DNA from: an uncultured Planctomycetaceae bacterium
GTDB taxonomy: Bacteria; Planctomycetota; Planctomycetia; Planctomycetales; Planctomycetaceae
Length of the DNA stretch: 64,000 bases
Assembly (NCBI GenBank): GCA_963815195.1
Contig: CAWFGE010000015.1
Coordinates: forward strand, 731,227-795,226
Direction of reading: 5' to 3'
Shown: piece after piece, positions 30,269 through 40,847 of the stretch
Layout: every line of letters starts with the position of its first letter
How positions within the stretch are numbered: the first letter of the stretch is position 1
The notes under the pieces: generated by a model
What the model was told of the DNA's origin: nothing
Databases searched by the model: none
What the model saw: the letters and a program-made list of their open reading frames with translations, nothing else
Program-made: the position numbers and the translations under genes

Positions 30269-31984
30269 CTAAAACGGCGGTTGGGCTTCGTTTAAGGCGC
30301 GGACGGTTTTGGCGATGCCTTGCATTTGAGGGAGCGGGATCACGGTTTTCGCGTGGAGGCCGTGGTTTTCGACTTTTAACGCGCAGCCCGCAAACGACGG
30401 CTTGCCGCGGATGTCTTCGATCGTCTTGGCTTCGAGCGGGACGGGCTGGCCGGCTTGGATCGCCAAACCGAACCCGTTCGCGATCACGCCGGGAATGTCC
30501 ACCAGGCCGATCAGATTGGCTTCGTCCAGCAATTGCTTCCGCGCGGCTTGGAAGGCTTCCTGACCGCCGATGTTGTTTTTTCCGTTCGCGGCGTCGAGCG
30601 CGGCCTGCATGTCCGCCTTCGTGCCGCCCATCGTTTGCACCATGCGGTCCTTGAGATAAATCGCGCGGGTCGCCATGCCGTCGGGACCGTACATCGCCTT
30701 GATCATTTCCCCCTGCATTTGGGCCGCGGGATTGTTCGGGTCGAATTTGTAATTGATCCGCGTGACGTCGGCCTTCTGATTGCCGAAGGTTTCGGCGTTC
30801 GGTTCGTATTTCATCTCCATCGTCATCCCGTTGTAGGTCGTGTTGGACATGAGTTCGCCGCTTTTTTTCGCGAGTTTGCGGACGGATTCGGGATCTTTCA
30901 TATCGAGAACCGCCGACATTCGCAGCACCCCTTCCTTGAGATCGCCCAAGCCCAGCGACATCGCCATCGATCCGAATTTGAGCTTTTCATACTCGGCCAC
31001 GAGGTCTTTGACCTGCTTTTCCTTCACCGTGTCGCCTTGGGCGTAAGCGTTCAACGACATCTTCAGGCTCCATTGGACGAGCGAATTCGTATCCATTTGG
31101 ACCGCTCCGTAACCCAACTTGTCGGCGGGCAACTGATCTAAAAGGGCCAAGGCGGACGGTTTGTGTTTGGCGATTGCCTGGGCCGTCTCGGACTTTTCGC
31201 CGAAGTCCGCGTATTCGCTGATCGAGATTTGCGAATCGGTCACGCCTAGCCCGCAGGTCCAGCCCTGGGAATCTTTCACGCCTTGAACCAGACCCTTGAA
31301 CGCGCTGGCGTACATGTCGGCGATGGTTTTCATATCGACGCCGCTTTGCTGGGGCGGCACGAGGTTGGGCATCTGCTCGATGAAACCATTGACTTGCTGG
31401 ACGCCCTGATCGAACGGGCCTTGGTAGATTTTCAGAATCTCCGGCACGTTGACGAACAGCGACAAATCGCCTTCGTCCCACACCGCCTTCCCGGTGGCGT
31501 TGAGGAGCATGGAAACGCCCGCCCCTTGATTGCCGAGCTGAGTCTTGATCTTTCCGGCCGACGGGGCGTGGTCGGTGTAGATCACCCACTTCTCGAACGT
31601 CTGGAAGGTTTGATCGCCCATGACGGCGCTCTTCATGGCGTCGGCATCGGTGGCGGGAATGGCGAACACCACGCCCGGATCGCCCTCCGCGTTCGGAAAC
31701 ACGCCCACCCACCAATCGCTGTTGAGATCGACCCCTTTGAGCGAAGGATTCGAGATCAGCGTGCCCAGCAAAGGCGTCGCGAGCTGCACCTTGACGCCTT
31801 CTTTGCGGTCCACCTTCACCGCCAAGGCCCCGGCGGTTTGCAGAGTTTTCTGAGGCGACTTCAACCGGAGCAGCACGCCCGTGTCCTTGGGAAACGCTGA
31901 GATCGGACTATCCGCCGCCGTTAAGGGAAGCGTACCGAGAAAACTCAAAACCAGCGCGATCGAAAGGCTTCGGAACATCAACAT
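30269..31984 (-). CDS. Exported hypothetical protein
   Basis: Signal peptide MLMFRSLSIALVLSFLG; long ORF with strong codon bias. Confidence 0.7.
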   Translation of the reverse strand: MLMFRSLSIALVLSFLGTLPLTAADSPISAFPKDTGVLLRLKSPQKTLQTAGALAVKVDRKEGVKVQLATPLLGTLISNPSLKGVDLNSDWWVGVFPNAEGDPGVVFAIPATDADAMKSAVMGDQTFQTFEKWVIYTDHAPSAGKIKTQLGNQGAGVSMLLNATGKAVWDEGDLSLFVNVPEILKIYQGPFDQGVQQVNGFIEQMPNLVPPQQSGVDMKTIADMYASAFKGLVQGVKDSQGWTCGLGVTDSQISISEYADFGEKSETAQAIAKHKPSALALLDQLPADKLGYGAVQMDTNSLVQWSLKMSLNAYAQGDTVKEKQVKDLVAEYEKLKFGSMAMSLGLGDLKEGVLRMSAVLDMKDPESVRKLAKKSGELMSNTTYNGMTMEMKYEPNAETFGNQKADVTRINYKFDPNNPAAQMQGEMIKAMYGPDGMATRAIYLKDRMVQTMGGTKADMQAALDAANGKNNIGGQEAFQAARKQLLDEANLIGLVDIPGVIANGFGLAIQAGQPVPLEAKTIEDIRGKPSFAGCALKVENHGLHAKTVIPLPQMQGIAKTVRALNEAQPPF

Positions 31985-32205
31985 GGGGAATCCTCGCAGG
32001 ATGAGTGGATTGTGATTCGTCCGTACCGTCGAGTGTAACGAAACCCGACCTGCTGCGGATCGGAGAATTCCCGAAGAATTCCCCCGTTTCCGTGAAATTC
32101 CCGAAGAAAAGGGACCACGAAAGACACGAAACACACGAAAAAAAGAGTGGAGGGAACACTGATCTTCGCTCATCAGCACGAATCATGCGAAGCCTTACTC
32201 CTTCC

Positions 32206-32386
32206 CTCGTTCCCAAGCTCCAGCTCAGGAATGCACTGATCGCCAGACTCTGCCTGGCTACGTGTGGAGCGTCGGGCGGCTCGCATTTGTGACGACGGAG
32301 CTTCAATGGGGTTGATCGGATAATGAACGCGGTGCGAAGCGGAGCTTCGCGAGAGTGCGTGCCCAAGCTGGAGCTTGGGCACGAGG
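32206..32386. repeat. Palindromic repeat CTCGTTCCCAAGCTCCAGCT...AGCTGGAGCTTGGGCACGAG
   Basis: Terminal inverted repeats, flanked by an outer ACCACGAAA-ACACG inverted pair (about 32113 and 32495-32511). Confidence 0.8.
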
Positions 32387-32525
32387 AGTGGATCAACCAG
32401 GGATTTTACCGCCGCAAGGGGAGGTCAAAGAGCGCGGACAAGATATTCTTTAACACCGTGGCCGTTCCCCCTGACTATCCGGAAGAACCTTGTTCCGTGT
32501 GTTTCGTGGTCCCATTCCAGAAAAG

Positions 32526-33917
32526 TTAAACGGTGGGATTGAGTTCGCGGATGGGTTTGCCGCGTTCGACGAGGTACCGCGGGCGGCCGGCGTTGTCGGC
32601 GAGGGCGGTTTCGCGGCCGTCGATGCCCAGGTGTTGATAAATCGTCGCCGCGACGTCTTCGGGATGCAGCGGCCGATCGGCCACGTAAGCCCCCTTGTCA
32701 TCCGAAGCCCCGATGACCTGGCCCATCTTCAAGCCGCCTCCGCCCATGAGCACGCTGAAGGTGTGCCCCCAATGATCGCGGCCCGCGGCGGAGTTCATTT
32801 TGGGAGTCCGCCCGAACTCGCCCATCGCCACGACCAAAGTTTTTTCATAAAGCCCCCGGTCGATGAGGTCGCGAATCAATGCCGCGATCGCGCGGTCGGT
32901 CGGGGGTATCAGCAGCTTCGCGCCCTTTTCGGTGGCATAGCGGTTGGCGGTGCCGTGGTGGTCCCAGGGCTGGGTGTTGACGGTCACGAACGTCACGCCC
33001 CGTTCCACGAGCCGGCGGGCCAACAAAGCCGACTGACCGAACGTGTGCCGGCCGTAGGCGTCCCTGAGCGCCGCGGGTTCTTTGGAAATGTCGAACGCGT
33101 CCCGCACGGCCTGGCTGCTGAGCAAATTGAACGCCGCCTGTTGGTGCGCGCTCATGTTGTGCAATTTCTCATCGGCCCGCTGCCGGTAGTCATCGATCGT
33201 CTGCAAAAGTTCCCGCCGGTGCTCCAAGCGGGAGAAGGTCAAACCCGACGCCAAGGACAGATCGCGGACGCGGAAGTCGGCTTCGTTGGGATCGGAGTTG
33301 ACGACGAAGGGATTCGCCGCCCCGCCCAGATAGGCCGCGTAGTGAAAGATATTGTCCGTCCCGCCCCGCAGATGGGGGACCGCGGCGTAGGCGGGCATGC
33401 CGGGAACATTCGGCCCGCGAAGATGGGCGGTCGCGGAACCCAGCGCGGGCCGGCGTTGGATTTTGTTGTCGGGCTTGTTGAAGTCCGGGCCTTCAAAGCC
33501 GGTGAGCATCCAATGGTTGCCCTTGGTATGGTCGCCCGTGCCGTGGTTGACGCTGCGAAGCACGGCCAACCGGTCGGCGATCTTCGCTTGCTCGGGGAGC
33601 ATCTCGCTGAACTGGATGCCCGGCACGTTCGTGGAGATCGCTCCGAACGGCCCGCGAAACTGCGAGACCGCATCGGGTTTGGGATCCCAGGTTTCGTGAT
33701 GCCCCGGTCCGCCGCTCATCCACACGAGGATCACGCAGGTGTCCGCGGTGGGATTCGCGGAAATGTGGGACAGGTCCTTCCGAGAAGCCGCCTCGGATCT
33801 CAGCCGCAGGAAATCCGCCAAGGTCAACCCGCCCAACCCCAGCAGCCCGGCTTCGACGAAGCTGCGGCGTGTCAGGCCTTCGCAATCAATCGCGGCGTCT
33901 CCGGTGACTCGGAACAT
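32526..33917 (-). CDS. DUF1501 family protein
   Basis: TRRSF N-terminus, WMSGGPGHHETWDPKP, LLARRLVERGV, WDHH, GEFGRTP, GRDHW. Confidence 0.93.
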   Translation of the reverse strand: MFRVTGDAAIDCEGLTRRSFVEAGLLGLGGLTLADFLRLRSEAASRKDLSHISANPTADTCVILVWMSGGPGHHETWDPKPDAVSQFRGPFGAISTNVPGIQFSEMLPEQAKIADRLAVLRSVNHGTGDHTKGNHWMLTGFEGPDFNKPDNKIQRRPALGSATAHLRGPNVPGMPAYAAVPHLRGGTDNIFHYAAYLGGAANPFVVNSDPNEADFRVRDLSLASGLTFSRLEHRRELLQTIDDYRQRADEKLHNMSAHQQAAFNLLSSQAVRDAFDISKEPAALRDAYGRHTFGQSALLARRLVERGVTFVTVNTQPWDHHGTANRYATEKGAKLLIPPTDRAIAALIRDLIDRGLYEKTLVVAMGEFGRTPKMNSAAGRDHWGHTFSVLMGGGGLKMGQVIGASDDKGAYVADRPLHPEDVAATIYQHLGIDGRETALADNAGRPRYLVERGKPIRELNPTV

Positions 33918-34472
33918 AACCGTTCATCCCTTGAAAATGACAACGGAAACCGGCATCAAAAAACCTGCCTGAGTATATCCATAAATATCGGCCGATGAAA
34001 GCCGAGAGGCCTTCTCAGCGAACTTCGAGCGTGTCTCACGAAAGAAGGTGGAAAATGACTGGACGTATTTTTCAAGTGGATCTGGGTGGCACGCCCTCAG
34101 GCACGAAGGGCGTGGTCTTGGCAATGGCCACGCCCTTCGCTGAGGCTCAGGGACGTGCCACCCAAATTGGCCCATGACCTGCTTTCGCGATACGCCCGCG
34201 CGAACTTCACTCGAACCATTCGGTCCGCAGAATCGCGACTTTTTGGGCTTTTGGATTTCAATAAGTGCATAAACTTCAGTCACTTCTTGCGATCTCGCGG
34301 TTTCCCAAACCGGCTTGTGGCGCAAATAACCCGGGTCATATCGAGGGACCGAACTTTTGGGGCCTTCGGCCGCAGGCCGTTGGGGAGTTTTCAAACGCTT
34401 TTGCCCCCACTATGATTGAACTCGCGCCGCTTCCAGGTTCCTCCCCTTCTTTTTCAAACAGGATGATTGAGC

Positions 34473-35069
34473 ATGGGCACTCTTCCCAATGCCTTGGAGC
34501 ATCGGCAGGCCGACCATCCGATCGATGCGCTGTTCCTCCGCCGCTGGTCGCCGCGGGCGATGACGGGCGAGCCGATTTCGCAGGATGAGCTGAATTGCCT
34601 GTTCGAGGCCGCTCGCTGGGCCCCGTCCACTTACAACGAGCAGGAATGGCGGTTTTTGTATGCGCACCGAGGCACCCCGCATTGGCAGACGTTTTTCGAT
34701 CTGCTGGTGGAAGGCAATCAAGCCTGGTGCAAAAACGCCGGGGTCTTGTGCGTGGTGGCGTCGCATCAGGTGTTCGAGCGCAACGGCAAACCCAATCCCG
34801 TGCACACGTTCGATTCCGGGGCGGCGTTTGAAAACCTCGCCCTCCAGGGAACGACGATGGACCTTGTCGTGCATGGGATGGCGGGCTTCGACCGCGGCAA
34901 GGCCCGCACCGATTTGCAGATTCCCGACGATTACGAAGTCGAAGCCATGTTCGCCCTCGGCCGGCCCGGCGACATTGACAGCCTGCCCGAGGAACTCCAA
35001 GAACGCGAAGTTCCCAGCGGCCGAAAACCCATCGCGGAAATCACCTGTGAAGGCCCCTTCCGTTTCTAA
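34473..35069 (+). CDS. Nitroreductase family protein
   Basis: RRWSPRA, AARWAPSTYNEQEWRF, HGMAGFD, RKP. Confidence 0.92.
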   Translation: MGTLPNALEHRQADHPIDALFLRRWSPRAMTGEPISQDELNCLFEAARWAPSTYNEQEWRFLYAHRGTPHWQTFFDLLVEGNQAWCKNAGVLCVVASHQVFERNGKPNPVHTFDSGAAFENLALQGTTMDLVVHGMAGFDRGKARTDLQIPDDYEVEAMFALGRPGDIDSLPEELQEREVPSGRKPIAEITCEGPFRF

Positions 35070-36273
35070 CCGATTGTTCGTCGGGAATTTTGCTTTCGAG
35101 CACGAACTGTCGGCTCGCCAATCGACGCGACATTCCGACCGCATCGCCTTGGAACTGGGTTCGGTGTGGTTGAGCATCGCCCGCGAAAACGATGGGCTGT
35201 GGATGCCCGAACCCCCGGACGCCGAGTTCTCCGAACACTCGTCGGCCCAAGGGTTTCCGGCGGTTCATTTTCTGGGAAAGGAAGCGGAACTCGCGGAGAT
35301 TTTGAAACACCGGCGGCTCGCGTGTTGTCCCTGGGGCTGGTCGGCGGGAATGAGGCATTGGGCGGAGAAACATCGGCTGGAAGTCGATGCCCCGCCGGTT
35401 TCGGCCGTCGCCGCCGCCAACTCCCGGCGGTTTTCGTTTGGACTGGAATCGGAGCTGGGCATGGGTCTTCAGTCGGCGGCTCAAATCGGGACTGCCGCCG
35501 AATGCGAAACCGCCCTCGCACAGTTTTCAGCGGATCGGCCGTGGGTTCTCAAAAGCGAGTTCGGCATGTCAGCCCGCGAACGCCTGTTGGGAATGGGACC
35601 GAGCCTTTCCGCGGCTCACGCGGCCTGGGCCGGGAAACGTTTCGCAGCGGGAGAAGTTTTGATTTTGGAGCCTTGGGTGGAGATATTTCGAGAAGCCGGG
35701 CTGCAGTTTGACGTGCCTCGCTTGAAAGAAGGGGAACCGCGACTTTTGGGCGTCACGCCGCTGTTCACGGATCGGTCCGGAGTGTATCGCGGCAGCCGAT
35801 TTGATCCCGCGGCCGAGTCGGAATCCGACTGGTCCGAAGCGGTTCAAATCGGCCACATCGCGGCCGAACGCATCCAGAGTTTGGGATACTTTGGACCCTT
35901 GGGCCTCGATGCGGCTTGGTATCGCGATGAGAACGAAGTCGCCAAACTGCGGCCGCTCCAGGACATTAACGCCCGCTGGACCATGGGTCGGTTGAGTCTG
36001 GGGTTTCGCTCGCGATTGGCGGAAAACGAAGCCGGGGCCTGGCTGCATCTCCGCTGCCCCGCGAAAACACCCGCCGACGCCCGCGATTGGTGGACCGCCT
36101 TGGCGAAGGACCTGCCGACACAAACGCGGCTCGTCCGCACATCGCCGATCACCACGGGGCATCAAGTCACCCGGCACGGAACGGCTTTGGTGATCGCCAG
36201 CGATCCCTCGATTCTGCAATCAGCCGTTCGCCAACTGCACTCGGCGGAAGCGACCCGCGGATCACTCGACTGA
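35066..36273 (+). CDS. ATP-grasp-like hypothetical protein (start uncertain)
   Basis: WVLKSEFGMSARE, EPWVE, YFGPLGLDA, LQDINARWTMG resemble ATP-grasp motifs. Confidence 0.65.
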
Positions 36274-36391
36274 TACGAGTTTTTTCAACCACGAAGACAC
36301 GAAGAACAAAGAGCCGCGCACGAAGTAAGCGGTCGCGCACGAAGTAAGCGGTCGCGCACGAAGTAAGCGGTCGTGCAACGTTGCGACTTTA

Positions 36392-36629
36392 CTCAAACTG
36401 TGAGCGATGTTTGCATTTTTCTGAAAGGCCTTGCGGATAATAGGCTTTTTTTAGGAGCAAAGGCCACATAGAAGCAAAGGCCACAAAGTGTTTCGCGGCC
36501 GAGAGTCAGCGAAGCCCGCCGCCTGCCCTTCCCTTTGCTCCTCTGTGGCCTTTGTGGCCTTTGCCCCTTAAAACCGACTCATTTTGATAGAAGCCTCATT
36601 AAAAGAGAACACATCGCTTACAGTTTGAG
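36392..36629. mobile_element. 238-bp MITE with 19-bp TIRs and 7-bp target-site duplication
   Basis: CTCAAACTGTGAGCGATGT / ACATCGCTTACAGTTTGAG (1 mismatch), flanked by GACTTTA at 36385-91 and 36630-36. Confidence 0.82.
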
Positions 36630-36720
36630 GACTTTATGAAACCGCTGACTTCGTGCGCGGCTCCTCTGTGGCCTTCGTGCCTTCGTGGTCAAATCTTTTC
36701 CTATCACCAAGAGACATGAA

Positions 36721-37428
36721 ATGCTGTTTGGTTTGTTTATTGTCGGCACGGATACGGATGTCGGGAAGACGTTTTTGACCGCGCGGATTGCCCGGCAACT
36801 TTTGGAAGACGGGGTTTCGGTCGGAGCTTACAAGCCGGCTTGCAGCGGGGGTGAACTCGGCGAGGACGGCTCGTGCCGCTGGGCGGACGTGGAGATTCTC
36901 GCCGAGGCCTTGAAGCACCGCTTTCCCCGCGATCGGATCTGCCCGCAAACCTTTCGGGCGGCATTGGCACCGCCGGTCGCGGCTCGGATCGAAAACCGCC
37001 GGGTCGATTCGAAATTGTTGATCGAGGGCGTGGATTGGTGGAGCGACCGCGTGGAGTGTTTGCTCATCGAAGGCGTGGGCGGGCTGTTGTGTCCGCTGAC
37101 CGAATCCTGGAGCGTCCGCGACCTCGCCGAGCGGTTGCGGTTTCCGCTGTTGGTGGTCGCCCGTCTGGGGCTGGGCACGATCAACCACACCTTGCTCACC
37201 GTGGAAGCGGCTTTGCAGCGGGGTTTGCAAGTCGCGGGGATCGTGCTGAACGAATCTCAACCCGGCTCCGGCAGCGAGGCGGGCGAAACCAATGCCCGCG
37301 AAATCGCCGAGCGGTGTCCTGTTCCGGTCCTGGCGGTGATCGGTCATCGTCAATCCGCCGGCTTGCGTCTGCTGTCCGAACCGTCCACAATAAATTGGCG
37401 GAGCCTTTTCGGGCCGGGTGCGTCCTGA
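36721..37428 (+). CDS. bioD: Dethiobiotin synthase
   Basis: GTDTDVGKT, YKP, IEGVGG, LGTINHTLLT. Confidence 0.95.
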   Translation: MLFGLFIVGTDTDVGKTFLTARIARQLLEDGVSVGAYKPACSGGELGEDGSCRWADVEILAEALKHRFPRDRICPQTFRAALAPPVAARIENRRVDSKLLIEGVDWWSDRVECLLIEGVGGLLCPLTESWSVRDLAERLRFPLLVVARLGLGTINHTLLTVEAALQRGLQVAGIVLNESQPGSGSEAGETNAREIAERCPVPVLAVIGHRQSAGLRLLSEPSTINWRSLFGPGAS

Positions 37429-37458
37429 AACGATCGTTTAAGGGATTGCCCCACAATT

Positions 37459-37520
37459 GAGCGGCTCGGCGCTAGCCGCCGGTTTGGTTGACTCGACCGG
37501 CGGCTAGCGCCGGGCCGCTC
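37459..37520. repeat. REP palindrome (GGCGCTAGCCGCCGG family)
   Basis: GAGCGGCTCGGCGCTAGCCGCCGG...CCGGCGGCTAGCGCCGGGCCGCTC; relatives at about 21398-21488 and 48773-49113. Confidence 0.8.
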
Positions 37521-37551
37521 ATAACAAACGACAAGAAATTCGGAGCCGGTG

Positions 37552-39138
37552 ATGGCCTTTGAAATGAGCTGCGCGAACTGCGAAGGGCGGTTGATGGTGG
37601 AAACCTTGGGAATTGTCGTGGCGTGTCCCCATTGCGGGACGCACCTGGCCATTCCCTCGGAAATTCCCGGGGGCAACGACGTGGAATCCGCCTCGAACGA
37701 CGATCGGGAGGTGGATTCCGATTCCGATTTCGAGTCCAATTCCAAGTCGACGTGGGTGGCGACGGTGCATGCCGACGACAGCCCTTCGTCCTTTCCCGAT
37801 TTTTCCGGTTCGGGCTCGGCGGGCGACAAGTCCGCTTCGGAATCGAACGTGCTCGTGTCGGAGCCGGAGCTGGGAACGGAGGCGGAAGTCCCTTCGGCGG
37901 TGGAGGTCAAGGATGCCGATCCCTCGGCGGTGATGCGGGCGATTGTGACCGATTCCCAGATCTCCGAGCCGATCAGCAGCTTCCCGGTCCTGGGAGACGC
38001 CAAACCGCAACCCGCGCCCCAAACCGAGACCGCAAAGAAATCCGAACCAGAAGCCCCGCCGCCGACGGCCGAGGAATCGCCTGCAAGCGCGGCGGAGAGT
38101 TCCGAAGTAGCGGAGACGGCGTTTCCCGTTTTGGGCGAAAGTTCGGCGGCCGACTCGTCCCCGGCGATGCCCGCGATTGTGACGGATGCTCGGGAAGACG
38201 AGGAAGCGGACGCCGGCTTTCCCGCGCTGGAGGATGCTCCCCCACCCGCGGCCGCCCCGAAAGCCGCTTCCGCCGCAAAGCCCGCCCCCGCCCCAGCGGC
38301 GGAAACGAAGCCTGCCAAGCCGGCTCAGGAACCGGCTCCCGAGAAAAAAACGTCGGTGTATAACTCCGTGTTCTCCCGGCGGGGGAAGGTGATTCCCAAA
38401 CCGGTGTTTCAAGCGTGGGTGAGCTACACGATTCTGCTCACCGGCGGGCTGGCGATGGCGATTTATTACATCTTCTCCACGCCCACGAGCAATCTGGAGA
38501 GCCTGCCGGACGTAAAACCCAAGGAAACGAAAACGGGGCAAGTCGAGCGGATTCTCGTTCCCGAAAAAGCCGCGATGCCGCCGGGCCACACGCTCGCCCT
38601 CCAGGAGACGCAGCGGTTTGGGAACATCGAAGTCACGCCGGTGAAAGTCACGCGGGGCGAGTTGCGGTTCGTGCATTACGCCGACAAATCCCGCACGAGG
38701 GAACCGGACGGACCGGTGCTCAAGTTGTGGGTGAAGTTCAAAAACGTGTCCAAGAATCAGACCATTTCGCCGTTGGACAACGACCTGTTGTTTTTCCGGA
38801 GTATTCGCGGCGACCGCAAAGTGGGGGCCTGGGCCAACAATTTCGTTTGCAGAGCCGACGACAAGTCCGAGAAGGGCGACATCGTTCTGGTCTACGATCA
38901 TCTCACCACGGGAGACTACGACCTCAAAGGCCAGAACTTGGACACGAAGCTCAAGCCGGGCCAGGAAGTCACGATTTACATCCCCTCCGAGACCGGGCTT
39001 CTCGAAAAACTGAAGGGCGCTCTCGTGTGGCGGGTGCATTTTCGCAAAGGGTACTCCCCCCAAAACTATGGCGTGACCACCGTGTTTGAAGTGGCGTTTC
39101 CCAGCGACGCGATCCAACCCGAATCCTCCAAAGCCTGA
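37552..39138 (+). CDS. Membrane protein: N-terminal Zn ribbon, acidic low-complexity linker, TM helix, beta-rich C-terminal domain
   Basis: CANC...CPHC; S/E/A/P-rich linker; WVSYTILLTGGLAMAIYYIF. Confidence 0.7.
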   Translation: MAFEMSCANCEGRLMVETLGIVVACPHCGTHLAIPSEIPGGNDVESASNDDREVDSDSDFESNSKSTWVATVHADDSPSSFPDFSGSGSAGDKSASESNVLVSEPELGTEAEVPSAVEVKDADPSAVMRAIVTDSQISEPISSFPVLGDAKPQPAPQTETAKKSEPEAPPPTAEESPASAAESSEVAETAFPVLGESSAADSSPAMPAIVTDAREDEEADAGFPALEDAPPPAAAPKAASAAKPAPAPAAETKPAKPAQEPAPEKKTSVYNSVFSRRGKVIPKPVFQAWVSYTILLTGGLAMAIYYIFSTPTSNLESLPDVKPKETKTGQVERILVPEKAAMPPGHTLALQETQRFGNIEVTPVKVTRGELRFVHYADKSRTREPDGPVLKLWVKFKNVSKNQTISPLDNDLLFFRSIRGDRKVGAWANNFVCRADDKSEKGDIVLVYDHLTTGDYDLKGQNLDTKLKPGQEVTIYIPSETGLLEKLKGALVWRVHFRKGYSPQNYGVTTVFEVAFPSDAIQPESSKA

Positions 39139-39188
39139 TGTTCCTGTCCTCCAATCTCCTTGCCGCAGGTAAATTGATAGAAAAAAGG

Positions 39189-39274
39189 GTGCCACTGGCA
39201 ACTTGTTGCCAGTGCCTTTGCTTAGACGGCTTTGCGGGATTCAGAAAGCACTGGCAGCAAGCTGCCAGTGGCAC
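39189..39274. repeat. Palindromic repeat GTGCCACTGGCA...TGCCAGTGGCAC
   Basis: Double hairpin with terminal inverted repeats. Confidence 0.75.
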
Positions 39275-39347
39275 ACGAAAAACCAAATCCTGCTTGAAAC
39301 AAGCCGATTTGTAACACCTCAACTTCCCCGCGATCTCGAGTTTGTTG

Positions 39348-40847
39348 ATGTCTCCGATTCCGCCGCTGTTCGACCGCATTCCCGAGAACCTGCTGGTTCC
39401 GCTGGCTTCGCCCTTGAAGCCGTTGTATTGGGAAACGCTCGTGGTGGCGTATGAATTGCATCAGGCGGCGGATCAATACGAAGTCGCCAAGGAAACGCTC
39501 CTGGACCGCGTGGAAGATCATCTCTTGGAACGGGAAACCGACCACCGATCGCTCGCGGACGAATCGTTTTCCGATCCCGACGCCTTGGGCGAAGAGCCGG
39601 CGGACTTGTCGGATCGGCGGCTGTTGGCGTGGCGGCTGCTCCGGCAGCTCGAGCGCTGCGGCTGGTTTGAATACGAATACCGCCGGGATCAGGGGGCCGT
39701 GTTAAGGTTCCCGGATTACGCCAGCAAACTCATCGCCGCTTTGGAAGAAACCGCCCGCGGACGCCGGCCCCGCGTGAAAGGGCTCGCTTATAACGTCAAG
39801 CAGATCCTGACCGATGCCGAGGAGCAGCGGAGCGATCCCGGCTTCGTACTTTATCAAGCCCGCGATGCGGTGGCGGCGTTTTTGCGGGAACTCAAAGTGC
39901 TGCGGGCGAACATCGGCCGCTACGTGGAAAAAGCCGCCGAGCGCGAGCACGTTCGCGATTTGCTCGCGCTCCAGATGAACGACTTCTGGCCGAAGGTCGT
40001 CGAGCCGAGCTATCAGCAGTTCAAGACCAGCGACAACGTGCTCCGGTTTCGCATGGAGATTCTGGATCGGCTGGAGGAACTCGCGAACGATCCGCTGTTC
40101 GTCCAGGAAGCCGCCGCCCGCGTGGAAGCCGAGGAACATCTCGATCCCGAACACGCCAAAGCCCGCGTGCACGAATGGCTCGACGAGATGGGTTTGGAAA
40201 TCCGCGCGCTCGACGAACTCATCGAGGAAATCGACGCCCGGCACGCCCATTACGCCGGGCTGACGCTGCAGCGGATCCGCCATCGCCTGCACCGGAACGA
40301 AACCACCGAGACCCGGCTCGTGGATATGATCGGAAGGCTCCAGGCTCTCCCCGACTCCGCCGAGGACCTCTGGGAGGATTTGCTCGAAGCCTACCGCGTG
40401 CAAGTCGTCGGCGAGGATTCGCTGTATCGCGTCCCGAGTGCCGCGGAACCTCACGAGCCCGAACCCCTGCCGACCGAAACCTTGTCCGAAGCGGATCGGC
40501 AATCGCTGCTGTCACAGGCCCGCGAAACCTTCAGCAGCCCCGTGTCGCGGGACACGATCTTCGCGGAGATCAAGCACCTTTTGGAAGACCGGGATACCGT
40601 CGATCTGGCCGACTTGCCGATGGCGGATGATCTCGAGTTCCTCCGCCTGATCTCGCTGCATTCCTACCGGTACGATGCCTCCGCCCCATATGAAATGGAA
40701 ATCGACGAAGACGCCCCGCCGGTGCGCTCCGGCTCCTACGTCTTTCGCAACGCCCGCCTGATCCCCAAGAAATCAAAGCCGGACATTGAGGAGTTACCCA
40801 CAGAGAACACCGCCCGGGGTGGCAGACCTGAGCCGCGCACGAAGTAA
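39348..40847 (+). CDS. jetA: Wadjet JetA/MksF-like kleisin (DUF5716-like)
   Basis: LFDRIPENLLVPLAS N-terminus, LRQLERCGWF, FKTSDNVLRFR; lies upstream of jetB/jetC-like genes. Confidence 0.75.
   Translation: MSPIPPLFDRIPENLLVPLASPLKPLYWETLVVAYELHQAADQYEVAKETLLDRVEDHLLERETDHRSLADESFSDPDALGEEPADLSDRRLLAWRLLRQLERCGWFEYEYRRDQGAVLRFPDYASKLIAALEETARGRRPRVKGLAYNVKQILTDAEEQRSDPGFVLYQARDAVAAFLRELKVLRANIGRYVEKAAEREHVRDLLALQMNDFWPKVVEPSYQQFKTSDNVLRFRMEILDRLEELANDPLFVQEAAARVEAEEHLDPEHAKARVHEWLDEMGLEIRALDELIEEIDARHAHYAGLTLQRIRHRLHRNETTETRLVDMIGRLQALPDSAEDLWEDLLEAYRVQVVGEDSLYRVPSAAEPHEPEPLPTETLSEADRQSLLSQARETFSSPVSRDTIFAEIKHLLEDRDTVDLADLPMADDLEFLRLISLHSYRYDASAPYEMEIDEDAPPVRSGSYVFRNARLIPKKSKPDIEELPTENTARGGRPEPRTK

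Noticed and set aside
34660..35065. N-terminal part of the 537-aa ORF
   Set aside because: Overlaps the nitroreductase in another frame; the plausible protein starts near 35066.
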